Source of the DNA: Chiloscyllium plagiosum
Lineage: Eukaryota
Assembly (NCBI RefSeq): GCF_004010195.1
Contig: NC_057752.1
Span: 14,934,203 to 14,966,442, forward strand
DNA: 32,240 nucleotides
Direction: 5' to 3'
In this document: positions 22,782-32,240 of the stretch, piece by piece
How the letters are laid out: the number at the start of each line of letters is the position of its first letter
Position numbering within the stretch: the stretch's first letter is position 1
The notes under the pieces: model-generated
What the model was told of the DNA's origin: nothing
What the model saw: the letters and a program-made list of their open reading frames with translations, nothing else
The model's database searches: none
Position numbers and translations under genes: made by a program

Positions 22782-22931
22782 CTATTAGAATATAGCGGCA
22801 AAGGGAAGAGTATCATGGATGTTGGACTCGCACAAGCAAGATATCCCCTCAGCACCAGAAGCCATTACTTTGAAGTAGAGATCGTTGACCCAGGTGAAAA
22901 ATGCTACATTGCCTTGGGACTGGCAAGAAAG
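22782..22931 (+). CDS. SPRYD3: Internal coding exon of SPRY domain-containing protein 3 (150 nt, 50 aa: LLEYSGKGKSIMDVGLAQARYPLSTRSHYFEVEIVDPGEKCYIALGLARK)
   Basis: Polypyrimidine tract and CAG acceptor (ttcttctttcttggtttgtctccAG, AG at 22780-22781); AAG|GTttgt donor at 22932. The peptide closely matches my recollection of vertebrate SPRYD3 (LLEYLGKGKSIVDVGLAQARHPLSTRSHYFEVEIVDPGEKCYIALGLARK) and carries the SPRY HYFEVEI motif. Confidence 0.93.
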
Positions 22932-23883
22932 GTTTGTGGTACAAAATGTATTTTTCTTCTACTTTGTTAAATATTTATGCTAATTGAGGTTAGACGATGT
23001 CACTGCTCGTCAACGGAAGAGCCAGTGTCAACACCGAGTATGGTCCAGATTCCATCCTTTATTCTGCCCCATGAATATGCTTTAACTGAAACCTCAAAAA
23101 AGTAGCACAAGAACATTGGGGTAAATATCTTCCATTTTGTACACCAGCTGTATTCATTGCCTTTCTGAGTACTGTTGCAAATTTAGCACAAAAGCATATT
23201 CTAAACTAATCTGAGACATATGACTGATGTCCAATTTGACAATTCTGCTTGATAAAAGCGAAAGGTAATGAAAGTCTTGTGACACTAGATTTTTGATGTT
23301 TTACTCCCAGCCACTTCAAAGATCTGAGAGTCTCTTAGTAGTTTTTACTGAAAGAGAAACCTAGCTCTGCAGTGAAGACTAGTGCTGTACTCTATAAGAT
23401 AACAAGCCTGCAGTTAGCGCAGGTTAAATATTTGCTAGTCAGCTTAAAATGCTGAATTCACCTGTTGCTGTTCCAATTAGTACATTTTTAACAGCACATA
23501 ATGTTTAATCTGCGAAAAGTCCTTTGTGCTCAGCATATCACCTAGTTCTTGTGTGCTTGTATTGCTAAAGAGGGTTGGACTTGTATGCCTACTATTTGCC
23601 TCAGGCTTTGCCATGAGGGAAGTGATGGTCATATGTCTGATGGTGTATGTCTGAATCACCTTCCAATTCATGACCCAACTTCTGTCTTCAGGCATAAAAA
23701 CATCCTGTTGCAGGTATACAGTTGTAAGATAGTTAATGCTGGGCTTAGAGATTTTGGGTCTCTTACGAAGTCAAAGGATATGGAGAGGAAGCAGGAAAGT
23801 GGAGTTGAAGCTGAACATCAGCCATGAACATACTGCATGGCTTTCCATTGAAAGTGCCATATTGTTGGCTATTTTCTTCATTT

Positions 23884-24975
23884 GAGGAGAAAGTGAGGAC
23901 TGCAGATGCTGGAGATCAGAGCTGAAAATGTGTTGCTGGAAAAGCGCAGNNNNNNNNNNNNNNNNNNNNNNNNNNNNNNNNNNNNNNNNNNNNNNNNNNN
24001 NNNNNNNNNNNNNNNNNNNNNNNNNNNNNNNNNNNNNNNNNNNNNNNNNNNNNNNNNNNNNNNNNNNNNNNNNNNNNNNNNNNNNNNNNNNNNNNNNNNN
24101 NNNNNNNNNNNNNNNNNNNNNNNNNNNNNNNNNNNNNNNNNNNNNNNNNNNNNNNNNNNNNNNNNNNNNNNNNNNNNNNNNNNNNNNNNNNNNNNNNNNN
24201 NNNNNNNNNNNNNNNNNNNNNNNNNNNNNNNNNNNNNNNNNNNNNNNNNNNNNNNNNNNNNNNNNNNNNNNNNNNNNNNNNNNNNNNNNNNNNNNNNNNN
24301 NNNNNNNNNNNNNNNNNNNNNNNNNNNNNNNNNNNNNNNNNNNNNNNNNNNNNNNNNNNNNNNNNNNNNNNNNNNNNNNNNNNNNNNNNNNNNNNNNNNN
24401 NNNNNNNNNNNNNNNNNNNNNNNNCGAGGGAGTCACGGAGGGAGTGGTCTTTTCGGAACGCTGATAGGGGAGGGGAGGGAAATATATCCTTGGTGGTGGG
24501 GTCCGTTTGGAGGTGGCGGAAATGACGGCGGATGATACGATGTACATGGAGATTGCTGAAAATGTGTTGCTGGAACAGCGCTGCAGGTCAGGCAGCATCC
24601 AGGGAACAGGAGAATCGACGTTTCGGGCATAAGCCCTTCTTCAGGTTGGTGGGGTGGTAGGTGAGGACCAGTGGGGTTGTGTCCTGGTAGCGATTGAAGG
24701 GGTGGGGCTCAAGGGCAGAGGAGCGGGAAGTGGAGGAGATGCGGTGGAGGGCATCGTCGATCACGTCTGGGGGGAAATTGCGGTCTTTGAAGAAGGAGGC
24801 CATCTGGGTTGTATGGTATTGGAACTGGTCCTCCTGGGAGCAGATGCGGCGGAGACGAAGGAATTGGGAATATGGGATGGCGTTTTTCCAGAGGGCAGGG
24901 TGGGAGGAGGTGTAGTCCAGGTAGCTGTGGGAGTCGGTCGGTTTATAGTAAATGTCCGTGTTGATTCGGTCGCCC
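23884..24975 (-). mobile_element. Neptune-type PLE (RT C-terminus to pLTR), spans an N-gap
   Basis: TDIYYKPTDSHSYLDYTSSHPALWKNAIPYSQFLRLRRICS..PLVLTYHP; the terminus at 23884-23949 matches 7924-7990. Confidence 0.88.
24613..24644 (-). ncRNA. Minimal hammerhead ribozyme motif (family B), GUC triplet
   Basis: CTGAAGA-A-GGGC(TTAT)GCCC-GAAA-CG-TC-GATT. Confidence 0.75.
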
Positions 24976-25309
24976 GAGTTTTGTGGTTTGGTTTCTACAG
25001 GAACAGAGATGCACTTCATGTGGGCGCCAAGGGTATAGGAAAGACCACGTATCCTGGAAATTGAGTGAAGGAGGAGGAACCAGGACCTCACAGATGCTGA
25101 TATCGCACTTTCAATGTTTTGAAAAAGGGATTTAAAAGTTAAAAAAAAATAGTACTAAGACACACACAAAAATATAATAGACCAAGTGACCAAAGACTTG
25201 GTCAGAGAGGTAGTTTTATAGAGTGTCTTAAAGAAGGAAAGCGAAGTGAAGAGATGTCGGGAGAAAATCATGAGGCCTGGAAGCTGAAAGTATGGCCACC
25301 AATTGGAAA

Positions 25310-26095
25310 CAAGAAAATAACAGCAGGAGTGGGCCATTTGGCCCTTTGCATCTGTTTTGCTATTTAATATGATCATGGCTGATCTTCCAACTTGATTTCC
25401 TGTTCCTGATTTTTCCCCATAGCTTTGATCCTGTTAGCCCTACGAATTTTTTCTCACTCCTTCTTGAAAATATTCAACGTTTTGGCCTCAACCACTCTGT
25501 GATCGTGAATTCCACATGCTCACCACTCTCTGGGTCAAGAAATTTCTCCTCATCTCAGCCCTAAACAGCCTACCCTCTGGTTCTGGAGTCCCATTCATGG
25601 GAACAATCTTCCTGTGTTTATACTGTCTAGCCCTTGTTTGAATTTTATAGATTTCTGTGAGATTCCCAGTCATTCTTCTAATTCCAGTGAATATAGTCCT
25701 AACTAACTCAATCTTGCTTGATACTGTGTGTGTGTGTGAAAGAGAATAACAGATGCAGATCTCAGTCACTGTCTAAGAATATGGGATAGGCCATATGTCT
25801 GTCTTGCCATCCCAGGAATCAGTCTAGTAAATCTTTGTTGCATTTCCTCAATATCTAGAACATCCTCCCTCAGATAAGGAGACCAAAACTGAGCACAATA
25901 TTCCAGGTGTGGTCTCACCAAGACCCTAAGCAATTGCAGCAGGACATCCCTGCCCCTGTACTTGAATCCTCTGACTACAAAGGACAACAACATTTGCCAT
26001 ATTCGTGACCTGCTGCATCCAAGTCTCAAGGAACAATCTCCTTTCCCAATCTATCGCCATTCAGGTAATAATCTGCCTTCCTGTTTTCCCATTTA
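25310..26095 (-). mobile_element. CR1 3' half, inserted in an L2-like fragment (about 25185-25305 and 26096-26250)
   Basis: DVLLQLLRVLVRPHLEYCAQFWSPYLREDV, GNLTEIYKI, FRAEMRRNFLTQRVV; flanks resemble 27285-27560. Confidence 0.75.
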
Positions 26096-26329
26096 GAATT
26101 GGGAATACACAAGAGGACAGAATTACAGGAGCACAAATACCTGACTATTGTGCAGCTGGAAGAAACTATGGAGAAGCTGGGGAGTAAGGCCATAGAGGGA
26201 TTTGAAAACCAGGATGAAAACTTTGAAATCAAAACACTGTTTGATCTAGAGCGTTTGTGTTATTTTTGTGAGACAATGGGTCAGAAGATCCAGACCACTA
26301 AAGTATGGTTTACAGAGCTGGGGTGAGGA

Positions 26330-28140
26330 ACTAGGTTTGTGTTTGTGGGGCATTGCAGTGGCTCTGTGGAAGGTAGAATGTATTTCACAGGATGAAGTCC
26401 AGCTCATCAGGAAGGGGGCTAATGAAATAAATATTGTGAATAAAAGTAACGGGAAAATTCAAGAGTGTAGAAACTGATGAGCTAAATGTGGGTGAAAACT
26501 TCTCTGCAAAAGGAACTTGCATGTAGGAGGAATAAAGTAGAGGTAGAAAATCAAATTGATCTGTTTTCAGCAGGACAACGTTGTTCCCTTGGGCAGAATC
26601 CTCAAGGGGAAAAGGTGTAGCTTGGAAAAGACAAAGGGCCTGTATTGCAAGATTCCCAAGCGTGGGAAGTAAACACGAGGCGTTAGAAGTAGTGATGTCA
26701 CAAGAAGATATAGATTGAATAATACGAACAGAAACTTGGCTCCAAACTGAGCAGGAATGAAAAATAAACACGTGTGTGAATTTTTGTTTTAGGAGAGACA
26801 GAGTAGTTAAGAAAAATGGAGGAGGAGTAACAGCGTTAGTGAAGGTGAAAAAATGTTCTTTGTGTAGAGTGCTAGTGTACACAAGTAGTTCGAGCAGAAA
26901 TTGAGATTAAAGTTAAAAAGAATCTGTTACATTAGTGGGACTTTTCTCCAGACCTTCCAGTTATGGAAGGGCAATAGAAGAGGTACTCAGTAAACAGAGT
27001 AAGGAAGTAACAAAGGTATTGTTTGAAGAGATTTGAAATTACCCTCCTATTAATTGACGCAGGGAGGGAGAAAATGGAAGATAGAGGATTGAGTTCCTGC
27101 AACGTGTGCAGAGTTTCTTCTACAAACAGTATGTCCGGATGCCAGTAAGGAGAGAGACAGAATTCCAACAGCTGCAACAAAAACAGCTTGTATTTGTGCA
27201 ATAATGTTTAATGTCATAAATTGCCCCTCAGGAGGATTGTAAAACAAGACATCGCACTGAAGCACATAAGAAGTATTAGGTCAGATGACCAGAAACTTGG
27301 TCAAAGAGGTAGATTTGTGAGGAGTATTTTAGAGGAGGGGAGCAAGGTCGAGAGGCAGAGAGCTTTAGGAAGGGATATTCCAGAGCTTTGGATCCAGGCA
27401 GGTGAAAAAGTGACCACAAGTGGTGGAGCAATTAAAACTTGAGATGTTCATGAGGCAAAACCTAAAAGAGTACAGGTATCTGAAAGATTCTGGAACTGGA
27501 GGAAATTATAAAGAAGGGGAAAGGCAAAGCTAGAGTGATTTAAAAATTAAGAACGAGAATCTGAAAATAAAGAATTAATTGAGCCATGAGACTCCAAGAC
27601 TGCTGTCAGTTGAGACAGTAACAGCAGAATTTGGAATGGCCTCAGGTTTATGGAAGATGGATGGTGGCAGACTGGCCTGTAGTACGTTTGAATAGTCACA
27701 TTTGGAAATAACTAAGGCATTAAAATGAGTTTTTGGCATCAGATTAGCTGAAACAGGCAAAATTTGGGTAATGTTATAGATGTGAAAATAGGCAATCCTG
27801 ATGACGGGATATAGATGAAAACTCTGAGTCAAATATGATGTAGAGAGCTACTGGGGACAGGGATCACTAGGGTACTGGTGTGAGTATAGCTGAACCCTTG
27901 GGGAATAGTGAACATAATCTTTTAAAGATCAATCAAGAAAGAGAAAGTGAGTATAAAAATCGAAGGGAGACTCTGGAGATGGAGGTAATGAGGTAAATTG
28001 AAACACTGAAGATCATAGACTGCAGCATAAATAGACATGACGAAAATTGAGAATATTTTAAAATTTTCAGGTACAATAAATAAACAAGGTTGAAGAGAAG
28101 AGCATCAGGGAGTTATATGTACGATTTTTAAAAAACATTG
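26330..28140 (+). mobile_element. Very old CR1 (ORF1 end and endonuclease) interrupted by an L2
   Basis: DEVQLIRKGAN; IIRTETWL, FRRDRVVKKNGGGV, FLQRVQSFFYKQYVRMP, EPLGNSEHN remnants. Confidence 0.55.
27167..27835 (-). mobile_element. L2-type LINE 3' fragment
   Basis: AYFHIYNITQI..HFNALVISKCDYSNVLQASLP resembles the L2 RT C-terminal AYFHLRNI..IHAFVTSRLDYSN motif; 3' end aaatacaagctgtttttgttg. Confidence 0.7.
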
Positions 28141-28316
28141 ACATTGAGAGATCATATGAAAACAACATACAGTCATAGAGATATGCAACATGGAAACAGA
28201 CTCTTGGTCCATGCTGACCTGATATCTGAAAAAAACCAAGTCTCATTTGCCAGCGTTTAGCCCATATCCCTCTAAACCCTTCCTATTCATATACCCATCC
28301 AAATGTCTTTTAAATG

Positions 28317-28594
28317 CTGTGGTTCTGTTCACCGAGCTGGAAGTTTTTGTTGCAAACGTTTCATCCCCTGTCTAGGTGACATCCTCAGTGCTTGGGAGCC
28401 TCCNNNNNNNNNNNNNNNNNNNNNNNNNNNNNNNNNNNNNNNNNNNNNNNNNNNNNNNNNNNNNNNNNNNNNNNNNNNNNNNNNNNNNNNNNNNNNNNNC
28501 AGGGGACGAAACGTTTGCAACAAAAACTTCCAGCTCGGCGAACAGAACCACAGCAACGAGCACCCGAGTTACAAATCTTCTCACAAACTTTGAA
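28317..28594. mobile_element. PLE family A foldback (inverted pLTRs around an N-gap) with 13-15 bp TSD
   Basis: aatgtcttttaaatg at 28302-28316 and 28593-28607; arms 28315-28370 and 28500-28555 are reverse complements. Confidence 0.87.
28352..28391 (-). ncRNA. Minimal hammerhead ribozyme motif (family A), GUU triplet
   Basis: GCA-CTGAGGA-T-GTCACCT(AGAC)AGGGGAT-GAAA-CG-TT-TGC. Confidence 0.75.
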
Positions 28595-29636
28595 TGTCTT
28601 TTAAATGTTGTAATTGTACCAGCCTCCACCAGTTCCTCTGGCAGTTCATTCCATACATGCACCCTCTGCATAAACAAGTTGCCCCTCAAGTCCCTTTTAA
28701 ATCTTTCCCTTCTCACCTTAAATCTATACCCTCTACATTTGGGCTCCCCCACCCCAGGGAAAAGACCATGTCTATTTATCCTATCCTTGCCCCTCATGAT
28801 TTAATAAACCTCCTATATGGTCACCCCCTCAGCCTCCAGGGAAAATAAGCTCCAGTCTATTCAGCCTCTCCTTGTAGCTCTATGCCTTCAATCCTGGCAA
28901 CTTCCTTGAAAATCTTTTCTGAACCCTTTCATGTTTGACAATATCCTTCCTATAAGCAGGAAGACCATAATTGCACACAGTATTCCAAAAATGGCCTTAC
29001 CAATATCCTATATAGCTGCAACATGACCTCGCAACTCCTATATTCAATGCTCTGACAAATAAAGGAGAGCATACCAAACACTTTCTTCACTATCCTGTCT
29101 ACCTAAGACTCCACTTTCAAGGAACTATGAACCTGCATTCCAAGGTTTCTTTATTCAGCAACACTCCCCAGGATGTTACCCTTAAGTAAATATGTCCTGC
29201 CCTGATTTGCCTTTCCAAAATGCAGTATCCACATTTATTTAAATTAAACTTCATCTGACACCCATTGGCGCATCTGGTTACTTTGAGATAATGTTATTTA
29301 CTGTCCATATGCCACAAAATTTTGTGTCATTTGCAAACTTACTAACCATATCTCCTATGGTCGCATTCAAATCATTTATGTAAATGACAAAAAAGCAGTG
29401 GATCCAGCACCGATCCTTGCGACATACTGTTGATCACAATCCGAAAACCAACCCTTCACCACCATCCTGTCTCCTACCTTCAAGCCCATTTTGTATCCAA
29501 ATGGCTACTTCTCCCTGTACTCTGAGATCTAACGTTGCTAATCAGTCTACAATGGGGAACCTTGTCGAAAGCCTTACTGAAGTCCATATAGATAACATCT
29601 ACCGCTCTGCCTTCATCAATCCTCTTTGTTACTTGT

Positions 29637-29757
29637 TAGGAAGGAAGATGTGTTGGACATTTTGAACAACCATGGATGGGTACTTAATCTAGGTTAGAAG
29701 TTCGGCACAACATCGTGGGCCGAAGGGCCTGTTCTGTGCTGTATTGTTCTATGTTCT
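29637..29757 (+). mobile_element. Very short HER1 3'-tail insertion
   Basis: gttcggcacaacatcgtgggccgaagggcctgttctgtgctgtattgttctatgttct, nearly identical to 11388-11446. Confidence 0.8.
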
Positions 29758-29847
29758 CCAAAAAACTCAGCCATGTTCGTGAGACACGATTTCCCAAGCC
29801 TTTCCAAATACTTGTGAATCCTGTCCCTCAGAATCCACTCCAACAGA

Positions 29848-30027
29848 GGTCCAAAGATGTGCAAATTCAGTGCACTGGCCATGCTTAATGGCCTATAGTG
29901 TTCAGGCATATGTAGGCATGGGAAATGTAGGGTTACAGGGAAAGGGCAGGGGGATGGGTCTGAGTGGGATTCTTTTTGGAGGGTGAATTTGGACTGAATA
30001 GCCTGTTTTCACGCTATGGATTCTATG
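29848..30027 (+). mobile_element. HE1-type SINE 3' half
   Basis: gtccaaagatgtgca...ggccatgct...gcctgttttcacgctatggattctatg. Confidence 0.7.
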
Positions 30028-30877
30028 GAACTTATCCACAACTGATGTCAGACTCACCGGTCTATAATTCCCTGGCTTTTCCTTACCTGCTTTCTTAAAG
30101 AATTGCACCACATTAGTCACTCTCCAGTCTTTGAGCACCTGACCCATAGCTACTGATGATACAGCTATCTCAGCAAGGGCCCCAGCAATCATTTCCCTAC
30201 TTTCCCACAAAGTTCTGGGATGTACCTGATCAGATGTGTTTTAAGATGTCCAGCACCATCACCTCAGTACACTTTTCAAAATTATCACTATTTATTTCTG
30301 CAAGTGCTCTAGATTCTGTATCTTTCTCTACAAAAATACTCATTTATTATCTCACCAACCTTCTTCATTTCCACACATAAGACTGTCTTGTTGATCTTGA
30401 AGGGCCCCATTCTCCCTGTAGTTACTCTTTTTCCCTTAATGTATTTGTAGAATCTCTTTGAATTCCCCTTAACCCTATTTGCCAAAGCCATCTCATGTCC
30501 CCTTTTTGCCCTCCTGATTTCCCTCTTGACTATACTCCTACTGCCCATTTCTCCTTGAGGAATTCACTCGATCCTAGCTGTCTATAACCTGCCACATGCC
30601 TCCTTTTTCTTGACCAGAGTCTCAATTTCTCTAGTCATCCAGAATTCCCAACACCTCCCAGCCTTTTCCTTCACACTAGTGGGAACGTACTGCCTCTGGA
30701 CTCTTATCTCATTTTTGAAGGCCTTCCACTTTCCAGCCATACCTTGATCTGCAAATAGCATCTCCCAATCAACTTTTGAAAATTCTTACCTAATACCATC
30801 AAAATTGGCTTACCTCCAGTTTAGAACTTGAACTTTTTGATCAGGGCTGTCCTTTTCCATAACTACTTTAAAGCTAA

Positions 30878-30978
30878 AAGTCACACAACACCAGGTGATA
30901 GTCCAACAGGTTTATTTGGAAACACTGCCATTTGGAGCACTGCTCCTTCATCAGGTGGTTGTGGAGGTTAAGATCATG
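30878..30978 (-). mobile_element. ~100-bp solo element (family D) with a degenerate hammerhead and 12-bp TSD
   Basis: TSD ctttaaagctaa (30866-30877) / ctttaaaactaa (30979-30990); minus strand CAC-CTGATGA-A-GGAGC(AGT)GCTCC-AAA..GTG, then aataaa. Confidence 0.65.
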
Positions 30979-31549
30979 CTTTAAAACTAATAGAATTATG
31001 ATCACTGGCCCCAGAGTGCTCCCCCACTGACACATCAGTCACTTGCCCTGTCTTATTTCCCAAGAGAAGGTCAAGTTTTGTTCCTTCTCTAGCAGGTGTA
31101 TTCACATATTGAATAAGAACATTTTCTTGTACACACTGAACAAATTTCTCTTCATCTAAGCCCTTAACACTCTGGCAGTCCCAGTCTATGTTTGGAAAGT
31201 TAAAATCTCCTACCATTACAACCCTATCATTCTTCGAGAGATGTGAGATCTCCTTACAAATTTGTTTCTAAATTTCCCATTGACTATTGGAGGGCCTATA
31301 ATACAACCCCAATAAGGTGATCATCCCTTTCTTACTTCTCAGGTCCACCCAAATAATCTCATTGGACGCACCCTCAGGAATATCTTCCTTAAGTACAGCC
31401 ATAATGTTATCCTAACCAAAAACGCCACTCTCGCTCCTCTCTTGTCCCACCTTTCTATCTTTCCTATTGCATCTATACCCTGGGACATTAAGCTGTCTGT
31501 CCTGCATTTCCCTGAGCCAAATGCTGGTCCTGAACTCTGATCAAGAGGC

Positions 31550-31950
31550 CTTTAAAAGACTCCTTTATCTCAGATTTACCCTCAGACAGCCACCCCCATT
31601 CTCATTTCTGCACTTCCTGCTTAATACTGTTGCAATTAGCCTTTAACCAGTTTAGCTTTCTCACCCAGGGACCAGTCTTATCCTTATCCGAAACTATTTT
31701 AAAACCTATAGCATTATGATCACTGTTCCCAAAATACTCCCCTATTGAATCACATGACTAGATTCATTCCCAATACAAAATCGAGTACGGCATATGTACT
31801 AATCCAAGATTGAAACTCTTCTATCTTATCTGTTATACTCCTTGCACTGAAAGAAAGACCCTTCAGACTGGCAGTCCCAATGTGTTTATTAACCTGGCCC
31901 TGCCTGTTCGACTTAGCTGACTTAATCTCTACCTTCTCCTCAATCACAAT
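31550..31950 (-). mobile_element. CR1 endonuclease fragments
   Basis: FSARSITDKIEEFQSWIST, VLDFVLGMNL, FGNSDHNAI. Confidence 0.6.
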
Positions 31951-32240
31951 AGACAATAGGTGCAGGAGTAGGCCATTCTGCCCTTCGAGCCTTCACCAAC
32001 ATTCAATATGATCATGGCTGATCATCCTTAATCAGTATACTGTTCCTGCCTTATCTCCATAACCCTTGATTCCACTATCCTTGAGAGCTCTATCCAACTC
32101 TCTTAAATGAATCCAGAGACTGGGCCTCCACTGCCCTCTGGGGCAGAGCATTCCACACAGCCACCACTCTCTGGGTGAAGAAGGTTCTCCTCATCTCTCT
32201 CCTAAATGGTCTACCCGTATTTTTTAAGCTGTGTCCTCTG
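31948..32240 (-). mobile_element. CR1 3' end (second, younger family), runs off the window
   Basis: atagacaataggtgcaggagtaggccattctgcccttcgagcc tail; minus strand MRRTFFTQRVVAVWNALPQ. Confidence 0.8.

Larger units (their letters stand above)
28172..31520 (-). mobile_element. Long decayed HER1/CR1 ORF2 (endonuclease to 3' tail) carrying four nested insertions
   Basis: [67 protein letters not shown]. Confidence 0.88.

Noticed and set aside
22647..22970. 107-aa ORF as a standalone gene
   Set aside because: Only 22782-22931 is exon; the flanks are open intronic sequence.
1..32240. CRISPR arrays or prokaryotic operons
   Set aside because: No regularly spaced repeat-spacer array; the content is vertebrate intronic repeat DNA.

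Overview
This is eukaryotic (vertebrate) DNA. The repeat content (HER1-type CR1 LINEs, HE1-type tRNA/V-SINEs) points to a shark or other elasmobranch; this is inferred from recalled repeat families, not from a search. The window is essentially two large, repeat-saturated introns around one 150-nt coding exon of SPRYD3 (22782-22931, + strand, AG/GT-bounded, phase 0/0). The rest is nested, decayed retroelements: many CR1/HER1 fragments, about seven HE1 SINE copies, Rex1/Babar, L2, a tRNA-headed Deu-like SINE fused to an endonuclease ORF, and numerous Penelope-like elements (PLEs). The main hidden signal is a set of at least four distinct PLE-type families whose terminal repeats carry minimal hammerhead-ribozyme cores (CTGAnGA-stem II-GAAA-CG-TH). 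They occur as 100-280 bp non-coding foldback or solo elements and as larger GIY-YIG/RT-bearing copies, and six of them are flanked by 12-15 bp target-site duplications. One intact sense-strand hammerhead lies about 750 nt upstream of the SPRYD3 exon, and the exon is bracketed by inverted PLE copies. N-gaps are at 5059-5216, 16013, 16294-16793, 23950-24424 and 28404-28499. Repeat boundaries were read by eye and are approximate unless defined by a TSD.
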